NCBI GenBank assembly: GCA_001751075.1
Contig: MAVP01000002.1
Span: forward strand, 1 to 59,973
Direction of reading: 5' to 3'
Length of the DNA: 59,973 nucleotides
Source: Desulfobacterales bacterium S7086C20
GTDB taxonomy: Bacteria; Desulfobacterota; Desulfobacteria; Desulfobacterales; C00003060
Part shown: one piece after another, positions 42,374 through 51,270 of the stretch
Numbering within the stretch: the first letter of the stretch is position 1
Layout: each line of letters starts with the position of its first letter
Made by a program: the position numbers and the translations under genes
Notes under the pieces: model-generated
Seen by the model: the letters and a program-made list of their open reading frames with translations, nothing else
What the model was told of the DNA's origin: nothing
The model's database searches: none

Positions 42374-43084
42374 ATGAAAACCGGATTATCGAGCCTTGTT
42401 TGTGTCGTTGTAGGTATGGCGATCTTGTCGGGATGCGCTTCTATGGTACAAAAGTCTGCCCCTGAAACCCATGCCAAAGATATTCATGGCCCGCAATATC
42501 CAAGCCTCAAACCTCCAACACCCTCTGAAGGGTCTCTGTGGACAGACAGCGGTAGCGCCATGCTCTTTGTAGATATGAAAGCCAGAGAGATTGGGGATCT
42601 GGTTACTGTCAGGATTTCTGAAAGTCCCACAGGCAGCTTATCTGCCAAAACAGAAACTAGTCGGGATTCGAGTATAGAAGCGGGCATTACGAATGCTTTG
42701 GGTTATATGAAGTACCTGGACGATAAAAATAGCCGTTTGGACCAAACCAGCCTATTTAAAGCCAACTTCAAGCCCAGCTTTACCGGCGAGGGAACAAACG
42801 AGCGCAATGGGAGCCTAGATGCCTACATTACTGCAAGAGTGACACAAGTTCTTGCAAACCTAAATCTTCGTATATTGGGAAGACAGGAGATCAAGGTAAA
42901 TAATGAGACTCAATACATAACTATTTCCGGGATAGTAAGGCCCCAAGATATAAATACAAACAATGAAGTTCAGTCGTGCTACATTGCTGATGCGAGGATA
43001 GGGTATTCAGGCAGGGGCGTTATAGCAGACAAGCAAAGTCCAGGCTGGTTAATGCGAATCCTTGACACTGTGTGGCCTTTCTAG
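42374..43084 (+). CDS. flgH: Flagellar L-ring lipoprotein FlgH
   Basis: Lipobox 'ILSGC', 'GSLWTDSGSAMLFVDMKAREIGDLVTVRISE' and 'GRGVIADKQSPGWLMRILDTVWPF'. Confidence 0.95.
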   Translation: MKTGLSSLVCVVVGMAILSGCASMVQKSAPETHAKDIHGPQYPSLKPPTPSEGSLWTDSGSAMLFVDMKAREIGDLVTVRISESPTGSLSAKTETSRDSSIEAGITNALGYMKYLDDKNSRLDQTSLFKANFKPSFTGEGTNERNGSLDAYITARVTQVLANLNLRILGRQEIKVNNETQYITISGIVRPQDINTNNEVQSCYIADARIGYSGRGVIADKQSPGWLMRILDTVWPF

Positions 43085-43140
43085 TTGTCGGTTGCCGATT
43101 GTAAGTTTTTATTCATTCGTGGTGAGGAGAGTGTTTTACG

Positions 43141-44325
43141 ATGAAAAGAAAAAGCACCTTGATGAGATCTATTTGCTTAATTACGCTGATGCTTTTATTT
43201 ATTTGTACTGACGTATTTGCTGCAAGGATAAAAGATGTTGCTTCTATTCAGGGGGTAAGAACCAACCAGTTGGTGGGCTATGGGCTTGTTGTGGGATTAA
43301 ATGGTACCGGAGACAAATCCGGAACCGGTTTTACCATCCAGTCCCTTGGAAATATGATTGAACGCTTAGGTGTCCATGTAGATAAATCGAGTATATCAGT
43401 TAAGAACGTAGCAGCAGTTATGGTCACTGCCACTGTACCTCCCTTTGCAAAGACCGGAAATAAGATCGATGTTGTGATCTCTTCTATAGGAGATGCCAAG
43501 AGTCTCCAAGGAGGGACCCTTCTTTTGACTCCGCTGCGAGGTGTGGATAGGAAGGTCTATGCGTTGAGCCAGGGTGCTCTTTCTGTGGGGGGGTTTGCGG
43601 CCGGCGGTGGCGGTGGTGGCGGGGTGACAAAAAATCATCCCACTGTGGGCAGGATTTCAAGGGGCGCCACGGTTGAGCGTGAAATTCCTATGTCTGTGCA
43701 GGGCAAAGATGAGCTAATCATAGCCTTGAGTAACCCTGATTTTACGACGGCTACAAGGGTTCGCCGGGTAATCAATAGGAAGTTCGAACAATCATTGGCA
43801 AAGACGATAGACTCAGGCACGGTTAAGGTTGAGGTGCCGGAAAAGTTCCGTCAACAGGTTGTGGAGGTGGTTGCAACGCTGGAAAACCTTCAAATAACCC
43901 CTGATTCTGTTGCCAAGGTGATAATGAATGAAAAGACAGGTACGGTTGTAGTGGGTGAAAATGTTAGAATATCTACTGTGGCGGTTGCGCATGGTAATTT
44001 GAGTATTGTGATCAAAGAGCAAACCTCAGTATCTCAACCGGCGCCATTTGCGCCGGCGCCGCCTAAAGGCACTGAGATCGAGCAACTTGAGACTGAAGAT
44101 GGCCCTATTGTTGTGGCCCCGGGGGGACACACAGTCGTAGTTACGGATTCCGATCTGGTCGTTGAAGAAGAACAAAATCAGTTGTTGCTCATTCCTGGTG
44201 GGAGTACGATCGGGGAGTTGGTACGTGCGCTTAATGCTATTGGAGTAACTCCCAGAGACTTGATTACTATTTTCCAGGCTATCAAAGCTGCCGGGGCCTT
44301 GCATGCGGAGTTGGAGATAATCTAG
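43141..44325 (+). CDS. flgI: Flagellar P-ring protein FlgI
   Basis: 'RIKDVASIQGVRTNQLVGYGLVVGLNGTGDK' and 'LVRALNAIGVTPRDLITIFQAIKAAGALHAELEII'. Confidence 0.96.
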   Translation: MKRKSTLMRSICLITLMLLFICTDVFAARIKDVASIQGVRTNQLVGYGLVVGLNGTGDKSGTGFTIQSLGNMIERLGVHVDKSSISVKNVAAVMVTATVPPFAKTGNKIDVVISSIGDAKSLQGGTLLLTPLRGVDRKVYALSQGALSVGGFAAGGGGGGGVTKNHPTVGRISRGATVEREIPMSVQGKDELIIALSNPDFTTATRVRRVINRKFEQSLAKTIDSGTVKVEVPEKFRQQVVEVVATLENLQITPDSVAKVIMNEKTGTVVVGENVRISTVAVAHGNLSIVIKEQTSVSQPAPFAPAPPKGTEIEQLETEDGPIVVAPGGHTVVVTDSDLVVEEEQNQLLLIPGGSTIGELVRALNAIGVTPRDLITIFQAIKAAGALHAELEII

Positions 44326-44327
44326 AA

Positions 44328-44675
44328 ATGCAAATAGATACGGAAATAATGGGGACAATGGACGTAAAAACGGCTGAAGTTTCGTCAGATAGAAATATGA
44401 AAGACGTACGACTCAGGCGTGTGTGTGGTGATTTTGAATCCGTCTTTATTAACTATATTCTAAAATCAGCCAGAAAGGCGTTGCCGGAAAATGGGCCTTT
44501 TGACAATACCAATGAAAGTAAGATTTATAAGTCTATGATGGATGAAAAGATGGCTGTTTCTATGGCAAAGGGTCGGGGTGTAGGGCTTGGCCGTCTCCTT
44601 TACGAAGATCTGTCACAGAACTTAAAATCGTCATCTAAGCGTACGGCTTCAGCGAAAGGGTGTTTGATCCGATAA
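44328..44675 (+). CDS. flgJ: Rod-binding protein (FlgJ N-terminal-domain type, no muramidase domain)
   Basis: 'VCGDFESVFINYILKSARK' and 'GVGLGRLLYEDL', 115 aa, directly after flgI. Confidence 0.8.
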   Translation: MQIDTEIMGTMDVKTAEVSSDRNMKDVRLRRVCGDFESVFINYILKSARKALPENGPFDNTNESKIYKSMMDEKMAVSMAKGRGVGLGRLLYEDLSQNLKSSSKRTASAKGCLIR

Positions 44676-44694
44676 CGATGTTAGGAGAAACAGC

Positions 44695-45195
44695 ATGCAA
44701 ACACAAATCAAGATGCTCGAAAATTTCTTCTATGACAAAATCTTGCTTTATCAAGAACTTGTGGAATATCTGAAGAAAGAGCGGGATTATTTGACAAAAA
44801 CAGACATGGATGTTCTATGGGAAATCTCTGCAAAAAAACAGGACATTGTGTTTCGCATCGAGACAATTCGCGAAAAGATACTCGCTGCCTTGTCAGAGTT
44901 ATCTGTAGAGCATGGGATGGATGTTTCATCCTTTTCTTTGGCCAAGGTGGTCTCCTTGATTCCGTCCGCCCAGCGTGTAGGGCTTAGGAAGATCTATTTG
45001 ACACTTGTGGGCTTAAAGACAGAGACTAGACAGTTAAGCCGTGAAAACAAGGTGTTTGTCGAACAAAGCCTCGATTTTCTTGATGAACTTATTACTGTTA
45101 TTGCCGGCTCAAGTAGCAAAAAATGCCTATATGACGGTGGCGGATCACTGAATGGCAAAGGCCATTCAAGCCTGTTGCTATACAGGGAGGTATAA
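44695..45195 (+). CDS. flgN: FlgN-family export chaperone (putative)
   Basis: Helical 166-aa protein, 'LLYQELVEYLKKERDYLTKTDMDVLWEISAKKQDIV', directly upstream of flgK. Confidence 0.6.
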   Translation: MQTQIKMLENFFYDKILLYQELVEYLKKERDYLTKTDMDVLWEISAKKQDIVFRIETIREKILAALSELSVEHGMDVSSFSLAKVVSLIPSAQRVGLRKIYLTLVGLKTETRQLSRENKVFVEQSLDFLDELITVIAGSSSKKCLYDGGGSLNGKGHSSLLLYREV

Positions 45196-45197
45196 CC

Positions 45198-46946
45198 ATG
45201 TCAGGTGGTATTGGGCTATTATTGAGCATTGCTAAAGACGCATTGGCTGCGCAACAGTACGGCATCTATGTGACTGGCCATAACATTGCCAACGTCAACA
45301 CACCCGGCTATTCAAAACAGAGTGCTGTGTTAGAGGCAAGAGATCCTGCACCGTTTGGAGGTGTGGTCCTCGGACGAGGTGTCAACACAACGGAGATTAC
45401 TAGAAATTGTGACCAAATCATTGAAAATCGGGTTATGCAAGGAAAATCGGATCTCTATTCCTTCAAGGGAATGGAGAATTACATGGTGGCCCTTGAAGGA
45501 TTGTTTAATGAAAATACAGATAAAAGTTTAAGCAATATCCTAGGTGATTTCTGGAACCGTTGGCATGATATTGCGAATAATCCATCCGCAGTTCCGGAAC
45601 GTATTGCCTTGTATGAGCATAGCAAGCTGCTTTCTGAGCAGTTGAACTCATTCGACGTCGATTTGGAACAGCTTAGGACGGATTTGACCAATGCGCTTGA
45701 CGCTGGTGTAGGAAGGGTAAACGAGATTACATCTGAAATCGCCAGTCTCAATACAGAAATTATAGTCATGGGAGTCGATGCTTCAGCCAACGATTTAAAG
45801 GATCAGCGCAATGTGCTTTGCTCAGAGCTTGCCGAATATATTGACATGAAAGTATTTCAACAGGAGCACGACTCTTTTACTATTGTTTCTGCTAAGGGAG
45901 TTGTTTTTGTTGATGGCGATACCAGCTATGATCTTGAGTTGGACGGCACATCCGTCAAGTGGCAGGGTTCCGGAGGAAATGAAGTTGACATAACGGATCA
46001 TATTTCCAAGGGAAAACTAGGTGGATTTCTTGAGATGCGCGATGAGGTTGTGGCAAAATATAAGCAGGACCTGACAGAGCTTGCCTCAGAATTCATATGG
46101 GCGGTGAACGAGCAGCATAGTAAGGGGGCAGGGTTGACCACCTTTAGTTCAGCCACCGGGACATACAGTTCTTCCAGCCCCGGGTCGGCTGTTTCCACCT
46201 CTGCATCGGGCTTAGACTATTACGACAAGGTAAGCACTGGGACATTTCGCGTTTATGTCTACGATAGCACTGGTGCGTTGGCCAACGCTGCCAACGTCAC
46301 AGTAACTGCCGGCGCGACCACGCTTAGTAATATTGCAACCGCGATCAGCGCGGTGGACCCTGACATTACGGCTACAGTGAACGGTAGTGGTCAGCTGGCT
46401 ATCTCGACTACGAATAGTCACACTTTTGCCTTTTCCAACGATACGAGTGGTGCTTTGGCCGCCCTCGGCATAAACACTTTTTTTACCGGCTCTACAGCGG
46501 GAGGTATTGACATAAACAGTACGATCGCATCCGACAAAGACTACATCGCAGCTGCCCAGATCGACTCCACAACAGGAAGCTTTGCTACCGGCGATAATAC
46601 AAATGCCCAGGCAATTGCTGATCTACAATATTCTTCCATGCAAATATCTGAGTGGACATATGACAGGATCAATGGAAACACAGAAGGCACCACTACTGCT
46701 ACTATTGATGACTACTACCATAGTTTGATAGGCTCTCTGGGAATTAAGGCCTCTAGTATCAAAAGGTCTAGTTCCTTTAGTGAGAATATGGTTCATGAGT
46801 TGGAGACCATGAGGGATAGTATTTCGTCTGTTTCCCTTGACGAAGAGATGACTCAGCTTATGCAATATCAACACGCTTATTCGGCAGCAGCCAAGCTGTT
46901 TAGTGTGGCAGACGAAATGATGCAAACTTTGCTGGCTCAGAAGTAA
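45198..46946 (+). CDS. flgK: Hook-filament junction protein FlgK (HAP1)
   Basis: 'AKDALAAQQYGIYVTGHNIANVNTPGYSKQ' and the C-terminal 'ISSVSLDEEMTQLMQYQHAYSAAAKLFSVADEMMQTLL'. Confidence 0.95.
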   Translation: MSGGIGLLLSIAKDALAAQQYGIYVTGHNIANVNTPGYSKQSAVLEARDPAPFGGVVLGRGVNTTEITRNCDQIIENRVMQGKSDLYSFKGMENYMVALEGLFNENTDKSLSNILGDFWNRWHDIANNPSAVPERIALYEHSKLLSEQLNSFDVDLEQLRTDLTNALDAGVGRVNEITSEIASLNTEIIVMGVDASANDLKDQRNVLCSELAEYIDMKVFQQEHDSFTIVSAKGVVFVDGDTSYDLELDGTSVKWQGSGGNEVDITDHISKGKLGGFLEMRDEVVAKYKQDLTELASEFIWAVNEQHSKGAGLTTFSSATGTYSSSSPGSAVSTSASGLDYYDKVSTGTFRVYVYDSTGALANAANVTVTAGATTLSNIATAISAVDPDITATVNGSGQLAISTTNSHTFAFSNDTSGALAALGINTFFTGSTAGGIDINSTIASDKDYIAAAQIDSTTGSFATGDNTNAQAIADLQYSSMQISEWTYDRINGNTEGTTTATIDDYYHSLIGSLGIKASSIKRSSSFSENMVHELETMRDSISSVSLDEEMTQLMQYQHAYSAAAKLFSVADEMMQTLLAQK

Positions 46947-46959
46947 AGGGACTTTTGTT

Positions 46960-47859
46960 ATGAGAGTATCCAATAAGACGTTTTTTGATACAGCCAGGTT
47001 TAATCTTGCTAATCTTACGGATGATTTGAACAGGGCCAATATGGTTGTGTCATCATCAAACAGGCTTTTAAAGCTATCAGATGATCCTGTCGGTCTCATA
47101 CAAGTGCTCAATATGAGATCGAGCCTTTCAAATATTGAGCAAATGGGGCGCAACATTGCCTTGGGGAAATCATGGCTGGCATCTTCGGAAAGTGCGCAAA
47201 CCAATGTCCAAAACTTGGTTTCTGATACCAAGGCCCTGTGTGTGCAAATGGCTAGTGCTACTACAGGGGCTGCGCAAAGGCGTTCTGCAGCAAAAAGTGT
47301 TGAGAATAATCTAGAAGAAATTGTTGCCTTGGCTAACACTAATGTAAATGGCCGCCATATTTTTGCTGGTTTAGAAACAGATAACACGGCTTTTACCCTT
47401 AATGCGGATAACAGCGTTACATACAACGGGGACAACAACGCTTTTACTGTCAAGATAGGCAGAAATGCCTCCGTAAAAATTGGGGAAGATGGCCAAACGG
47501 TGTTCCAACCTTCCGGTGCAGGTGCTAGTGATGATATATTTGTCATCATGAAGGATTTGATAACGGCTCTACAGGGAAATGACATTGACGGTATTCAGAC
47601 AGCAATGACAAATCTGGACACTTTTTTTGATCACAATTCCGGCCAAATCTCCGATGTCGGTTCCAAGATGATACGCATGGAGATAAAGGCTAATGTATTC
47701 CAGGATCTGGAGATTTCTAATAAAGAAAGACTTTCGGAAATCGAGGAACCGGATATAGCAGAAGCGATACTGGAATTAAAGGCCAAGGAGTTTGCCTATC
47801 AGGCGGCGCTTGCCGCCACTGCCAAGGTGTTACAGTTAAGTATCGTTAACTATATGTAG
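46960..47859 (+). CDS. flgL: Hook-filament junction protein FlgL (HAP3)
   Basis: 'MRVSNKTFFDTARFNL' and the C-terminal 'DIAEAILELKAKEFAYQAALAATAKVLQLSIVNY'. Confidence 0.92.
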   Translation: MRVSNKTFFDTARFNLANLTDDLNRANMVVSSSNRLLKLSDDPVGLIQVLNMRSSLSNIEQMGRNIALGKSWLASSESAQTNVQNLVSDTKALCVQMASATTGAAQRRSAAKSVENNLEEIVALANTNVNGRHIFAGLETDNTAFTLNADNSVTYNGDNNAFTVKIGRNASVKIGEDGQTVFQPSGAGASDDIFVIMKDLITALQGNDIDGIQTAMTNLDTFFDHNSGQISDVGSKMIRMEIKANVFQDLEISNKERLSEIEEPDIAEAILELKAKEFAYQAALAATAKVLQLSIVNYM

Positions 47860-47942
47860 AAGGCAGTGAACAGTGTTCAGACAGTAGGCAGAGAAAGAGA
47901 AAATCGATATACGGACTGACCATTGACCACTGAGACCGCGCC

Positions 47943-48200
47943 ATGTTAATACTGACAAGGAAGTCAGGGGAAAAGATTACCGTTGGTGATGACGTTATTG
48001 TAAAGGTGTTGGAAATCAAGGGGTCTCAGGTCAAGCTTGGCATTGAGGCGCCAAGGGGTATTTCGGTACATCGTGGTGAGATCTATGAAAGGATTCAGAA
48101 AGAGAACTTGCTGGCCGCAGGTATCGAGGTCGGAGATTTTGAGGCAGCTTCAGAGCTTTATTCAGCCAAAAGCTATACGATCAAAAAACAGGAGGAGTAA
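47943..48200 (+). CDS. csrA: Carbon storage / translational regulator CsrA
   Basis: '[52 protein letters not shown]'. Confidence 0.96.
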   Translation: MLILTRKSGEKITVGDDVIVKVLEIKGSQVKLGIEAPRGISVHRGEIYERIQKENLLAAGIEVGDFEAASELYSAKSYTIKKQEE

Positions 48201-48644
48201 GTGAAAGCTGAGACTACACGATTTGGTACAGTTGAGGTTCCTGAGGAAAAAGTTATTGCCATGCCACGCGGTATGCTTGGTTTCCCTGACAAAAAGCGGT
48301 TTTGTATTATTCCCCATAAGAAGGACTCCCCCTTTTTTTGGTTTCAATCACTTGATGATCCTTCTCTGGCCTTTGTGATTACAAATCCATGGTTGTTTAA
48401 ACCGGATTACGTAGTTGACATGGGTCCGGCGATCCAAGAAATGGGCTTAAATGGGCAAGGCGAAAACATGCCTTTAGAATGTTATGTCCTGGTTACCATA
48501 CCGAAGGAGGCACCTGAAAAGATGACTGCAAACCTTATTGGCCCACTGGTTATAAGCCCCGAAACCTGCCAAGCTGTTCAGATTGTGCTATCCAACGAAG
48601 CCTATTCTCACAAATACTCTCTTGTAGAAAAAAAGGCGGCTTAA
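48201..48644 (+). CDS. fliW: Flagellar assembly factor FliW (CsrA antagonist)
   Basis: 'TRFGTVEVPEEKVIAMPRGMLGFPDKKRFCIIP...FFWFQSLDDPSLAFVITNPW' and 'MTANLIGPLVI'. GTG start directly after the csrA stop. Confidence 0.93.
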   Translation: MKAETTRFGTVEVPEEKVIAMPRGMLGFPDKKRFCIIPHKKDSPFFWFQSLDDPSLAFVITNPWLFKPDYVVDMGPAIQEMGLNGQGENMPLECYVLVTIPKEAPEKMTANLIGPLVISPETCQAVQIVLSNEAYSHKYSLVEKKAA

Positions 48645-48801
48645 GGGTTCGTCACTCAATAACTGTCACATCTCGCTGGTCTTTTAGGCCGTCTTCCGCG
48701 TTGCTTGGTTGGTTACATACCTCGGTATGCTCCTGCCCGAACGCCTTTAATACAACCCAAAATCCTTCGCAATCTTGAGACACTTATTTTGTGACGAACC
48801 C
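48645..48801. mobile_element. 157-bp family-2 TAA-flanked TIR element (MITE-like) abutting the fliW stop codon
   Basis: TAA(48642-48644, the fliW stop)|GGGTTCGTCAC...GTGACGAACCC|TAA(48802-48804). It has 11-bp perfect TIRs and is colinear with 4809-4965. Confidence 0.8.
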
Positions 48802-48853
48802 TAAAGTGATCTTCATTTCGCTGTAAGAAACCACGTCCTTCGGGTTTGATTCT

Positions 48854-49042
48854 TTACCTCTCCTTTGGTTCGAACATAAGACATGGCATATTTGAGCTTC
48901 TAAGAACGAGTGTCGCAGGCAGTGTTTTGCCTTTGAATTTCATTCGATAGCATCCACAGGGAAAGCGTTTGTCCCAAGTGACATAGTAATGCTTGCACTT
49001 GTGGCAGTCTATAAGTCGTTTCTTTCTAATCTCTCGTTTCAT
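48854..49042 (-). CDS. Small Cys-rich hypothetical protein (62 aa)
   Basis: 'CHKCKHYYVTWDKRFPCGCYRMKFKGKTLPATLVLRSSNMPCLMFEPK' has a CxxC...CxC...C pattern. From memory I believe it resembles a widespread conserved small-protein family; this is not verified. Confidence 0.5.
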   Translation of the reverse strand: MKREIRKKRLIDCHKCKHYYVTWDKRFPCGCYRMKFKGKTLPATLVLRSSNMPCLMFEPKER

Positions 49043-49187
49043 GGTATATGTTATAAGGCTATTCAGATTTCATGCCAAAACTCATTTAAACATTCCGGTT
49101 GACATTGTATGCGAAAATGGAGTATATGGGCATGTATAAAGGTGTTCTTGCCCGTTTTTCGGTCATGGAAGTGGCGTGGGGACTTGT

Positions 49188-49715
49188 ATGGAACAGGTAC
49201 TGCTGCTAAATGCAACATTTGAACCTTTGAAGGTAATCGACTGGAAGAGGGCGATAAGGCTTCTTACCCTGGGCAAGGTTGAGGTATTGGAGGAGTACAA
49301 TAGGGAGGTTCGCTCAGTCACCTTTGCCTTAAGGCTTCCGTCGGTACTCAGGCTCCTTAGATTTGTCAGGTACAGAAAAAAGGATATCAGATTTTCCAGA
49401 GTCAATATATATGCTAGAGATGGGTTTCGGTGCCAATATTGTGGGAAAAAGTTCGAGTCTAGGGATTTGTCCTTCGATCATGTAGTGCCCAAGAGATATG
49501 GCGGGAAAACTGAATGGACGAATATTGTTACCGCTTGTTGCAGGTGTAACCGCATAAAAGGGGGGCGGACATTGAAGGAGGTTGGTCTTAGATTACTAAA
49601 AAGGCCTGTTAAGCCTTCATGGGTCCCCTTTATTATGGTAACTGTAGGAGTCAAGAGCGTTCCCGATGGTTGGCTTGATTATCTGTATTGGAATGTGGAA
49701 TTGCAGGAAGGTTAG
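49188..49715 (+). CDS. Stand-alone HNH endonuclease
   Basis: 'RCQYCGKKFESRDLSFDHVVPKRYGGKTEWTNIVTACCRCNRIKGGR' (HNH with CxxC..CxxC). I prefer the ATG at 49188 ('MEQVLLLNATFEPL') to the GTG at 49176. A possible TTGACA-N18-TATATG promoter lies at 49099-49128. Confidence 0.88.
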   Translation: MEQVLLLNATFEPLKVIDWKRAIRLLTLGKVEVLEEYNREVRSVTFALRLPSVLRLLRFVRYRKKDIRFSRVNIYARDGFRCQYCGKKFESRDLSFDHVVPKRYGGKTEWTNIVTACCRCNRIKGGRTLKEVGLRLLKRPVKPSWVPFIMVTVGVKSVPDGWLDYLYWNVELQEG

Positions 49716-51270
49716 GCCTACCCCACCCACCCCCGCCTGGAGTATCAATGATGATACTTTGGCCCTTTTTGACTTCAATAGTACACCGTCCCGGGAGTTC
49801 TACCGTACTGCCGTCAACGTATCTTAAGGAGTTTGATCCACACTTGCCGTTGCCGCCTCCAGCTGCGCCCTTTGGGGGAAACTTTCTTCTCTCGGACTGG
49901 ATAGAGACTTGAGCATCTTCCAGAAATAGGATTTCTCTTGTGACGCCGAGTCCGCCTGAGTTGAGACCGCAACCGCCTGAGCTTTCCCTGAGTGCTGTTT
50001 TTACCACTTGCAATGGATATGTGGTTTCCAGGGCCTCAGTAGGTGTGTTGGCCGTATTGGTCATATGAACCTGGACCGCGCTTGCACCATCTTTCTTAGA
50101 GGTTGCTCCCATACCACCAGCAATGGTCTCATAATATGTCTTTGTCTTCCAACCGATAGACAGATTGTTCATAGTGCCCTGTGCCTGCGCTGGGATTTTC
50201 CCCGGAAGGAGATCGTTTAAGGCGAGGAGTAGGACGTCGACAATCCGTTGGGATGTTTCCACGTTCCCCGAGCTTACTGCTGCAGGGGCTACCGGGTTGA
50301 CCAGGGAACCCTTGGGGGCGATGATGCGGACGGACTCATAGCATCCGTGGTTGGGCGGGATATCGTCAGGCAGAAGACATCGCAAGACATAGTAAACGGC
50401 TGATTGGGTCACACTGAGGGGGGCGTTGGCATTTCCGTGGTGTTGAGGGGCGGTTTTACTAAAGTCGGCCTCAAATGAATCTGCGAAAAGCCTGATCCTC
50501 ACGCTGATGGGGATGGGGTGGTCCTGGCCATCCAGATAGTCTGTTGCACTTGATTCTCCCTTGGGCAGGTTTGATGACATATAGGTCTTTACCCGTCGGG
50601 CGGCATATCCAATAATGGCCTCGACAAATCCGTCAAATGCCTGTTCTCCATAGCGCCTGATGAAATCGGTGCATCTGGAGACCCCGAGAGAGTTTGCACC
50701 CCTCTGGGCATTCAAATCGCCGATTCGTTCTTGGGGGTTCCTGGTGCTATCCTGGAAGAGCTTCAAGACGTTTTTTTGGATGATGCCGTTTCTGGCAAAG
50801 AGAGTAGGGGAAATGATTATGCCTTCCTCGGAAAGCATGCTACTGAATCCAGGCATAGATCCAGGGATCTTTCCTCCCACGTCGGCGTGGTGGGCACGAT
50901 TTACGGCATATCCTTTGAGTTTTCCTTGCCAGAAAAAAGGGGCGATCAGGGTAATGTCCGGAAGATGAGACCCGCCGCGGTAGGGGTCGTTTACGATAAC
51001 CTGATCACCTGGGTTCAACTTTGGGAAATCATTCATAACGGCTTTTACAGCCGATGGCATAGCCCCGAGGTGTACTGGGATGTGTTCAGCCTGGGCAATG
51101 AGACGGCCCTTGGCGTCAAAGAGCGCGCAACTTTCATCAAGTCGTTCCTTGATGTTTGGAGAAAAGGCGGTTCGTCTAAGATTTGCCCCCATTTCTTCAG
51201 GTATGGCTAGGACGAGATGCTTGAAAACTCCCAGCGTTACGGCGTCAATGGTAGGCGTTTTATTCGACAT
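49651..51270 (-). CDS. Hydantoinase B/oxoprolinase-family protein (HyuB-like)
   Basis: 'IDAVTLGVFKHLVLAIPEEMG', 'DPYRGGSHLPDITLIAP' and 'GGGGWGRP'. I chose the ATG at 51270 ('MSNKTP..'). Confidence 0.88.
   Translation of the reverse strand: MSNKTPTIDAVTLGVFKHLVLAIPEEMGANLRRTAFSPNIKERLDESCALFDAKGRLIAQAEHIPVHLGAMPSAVKAVMNDFPKLNPGDQVIVNDPYRGGSHLPDITLIAPFFWQGKLKGYAVNRAHHADVGGKIPGSMPGFSSMLSEEGIIISPTLFARNGIIQKNVLKLFQDSTRNPQERIGDLNAQRGANSLGVSRCTDFIRRYGEQAFDGFVEAIIGYAARRVKTYMSSNLPKGESSATDYLDGQDHPIPISVRIRLFADSFEADFSKTAPQHHGNANAPLSVTQSAVYYVLRCLLPDDIPPNHGCYESVRIIAPKGSLVNPVAPAAVSSGNVETSQRIVDVLLLALNDLLPGKIPAQAQGTMNNLSIGWKTKTYYETIAGGMGATSKKDGASAVQVHMTNTANTPTEALETTYPLQVVKTALRESSGGCGLNSGGLGVTREILFLEDAQVSIQSERRKFPPKGAAGGGNGKCGSNSLRYVDGSTVELPGRCTIEVKKGQSIIIDTPGGGGWGRPNLPAIPHSNTDNQANHRERS

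Noticed and set aside
46623-47585. A 320-aa ORF on the minus strand, antisense to the flgK 3' end and to flgL
   Set aside because: It lies entirely within two genes that have unmistakable FlgK/FlgL terminal motifs. Its Ser/Ala/Leu/Thr-rich low-complexity translation is typical of the antisense frame of Ala/Ser/Thr-rich flagellar axial proteins. It has no RBS or motif.
49651-49715. The 65-bp convergent overlap between the HNH gene's 3' end and the hyuB-like gene's 3' end
   Set aside because: The hyuB-like ORF simply runs about 25 codons past its conserved 'GGGGWGRP' end before meeting a stop. Such tail overlaps are common, and I saw no structure or motif suggesting a function.
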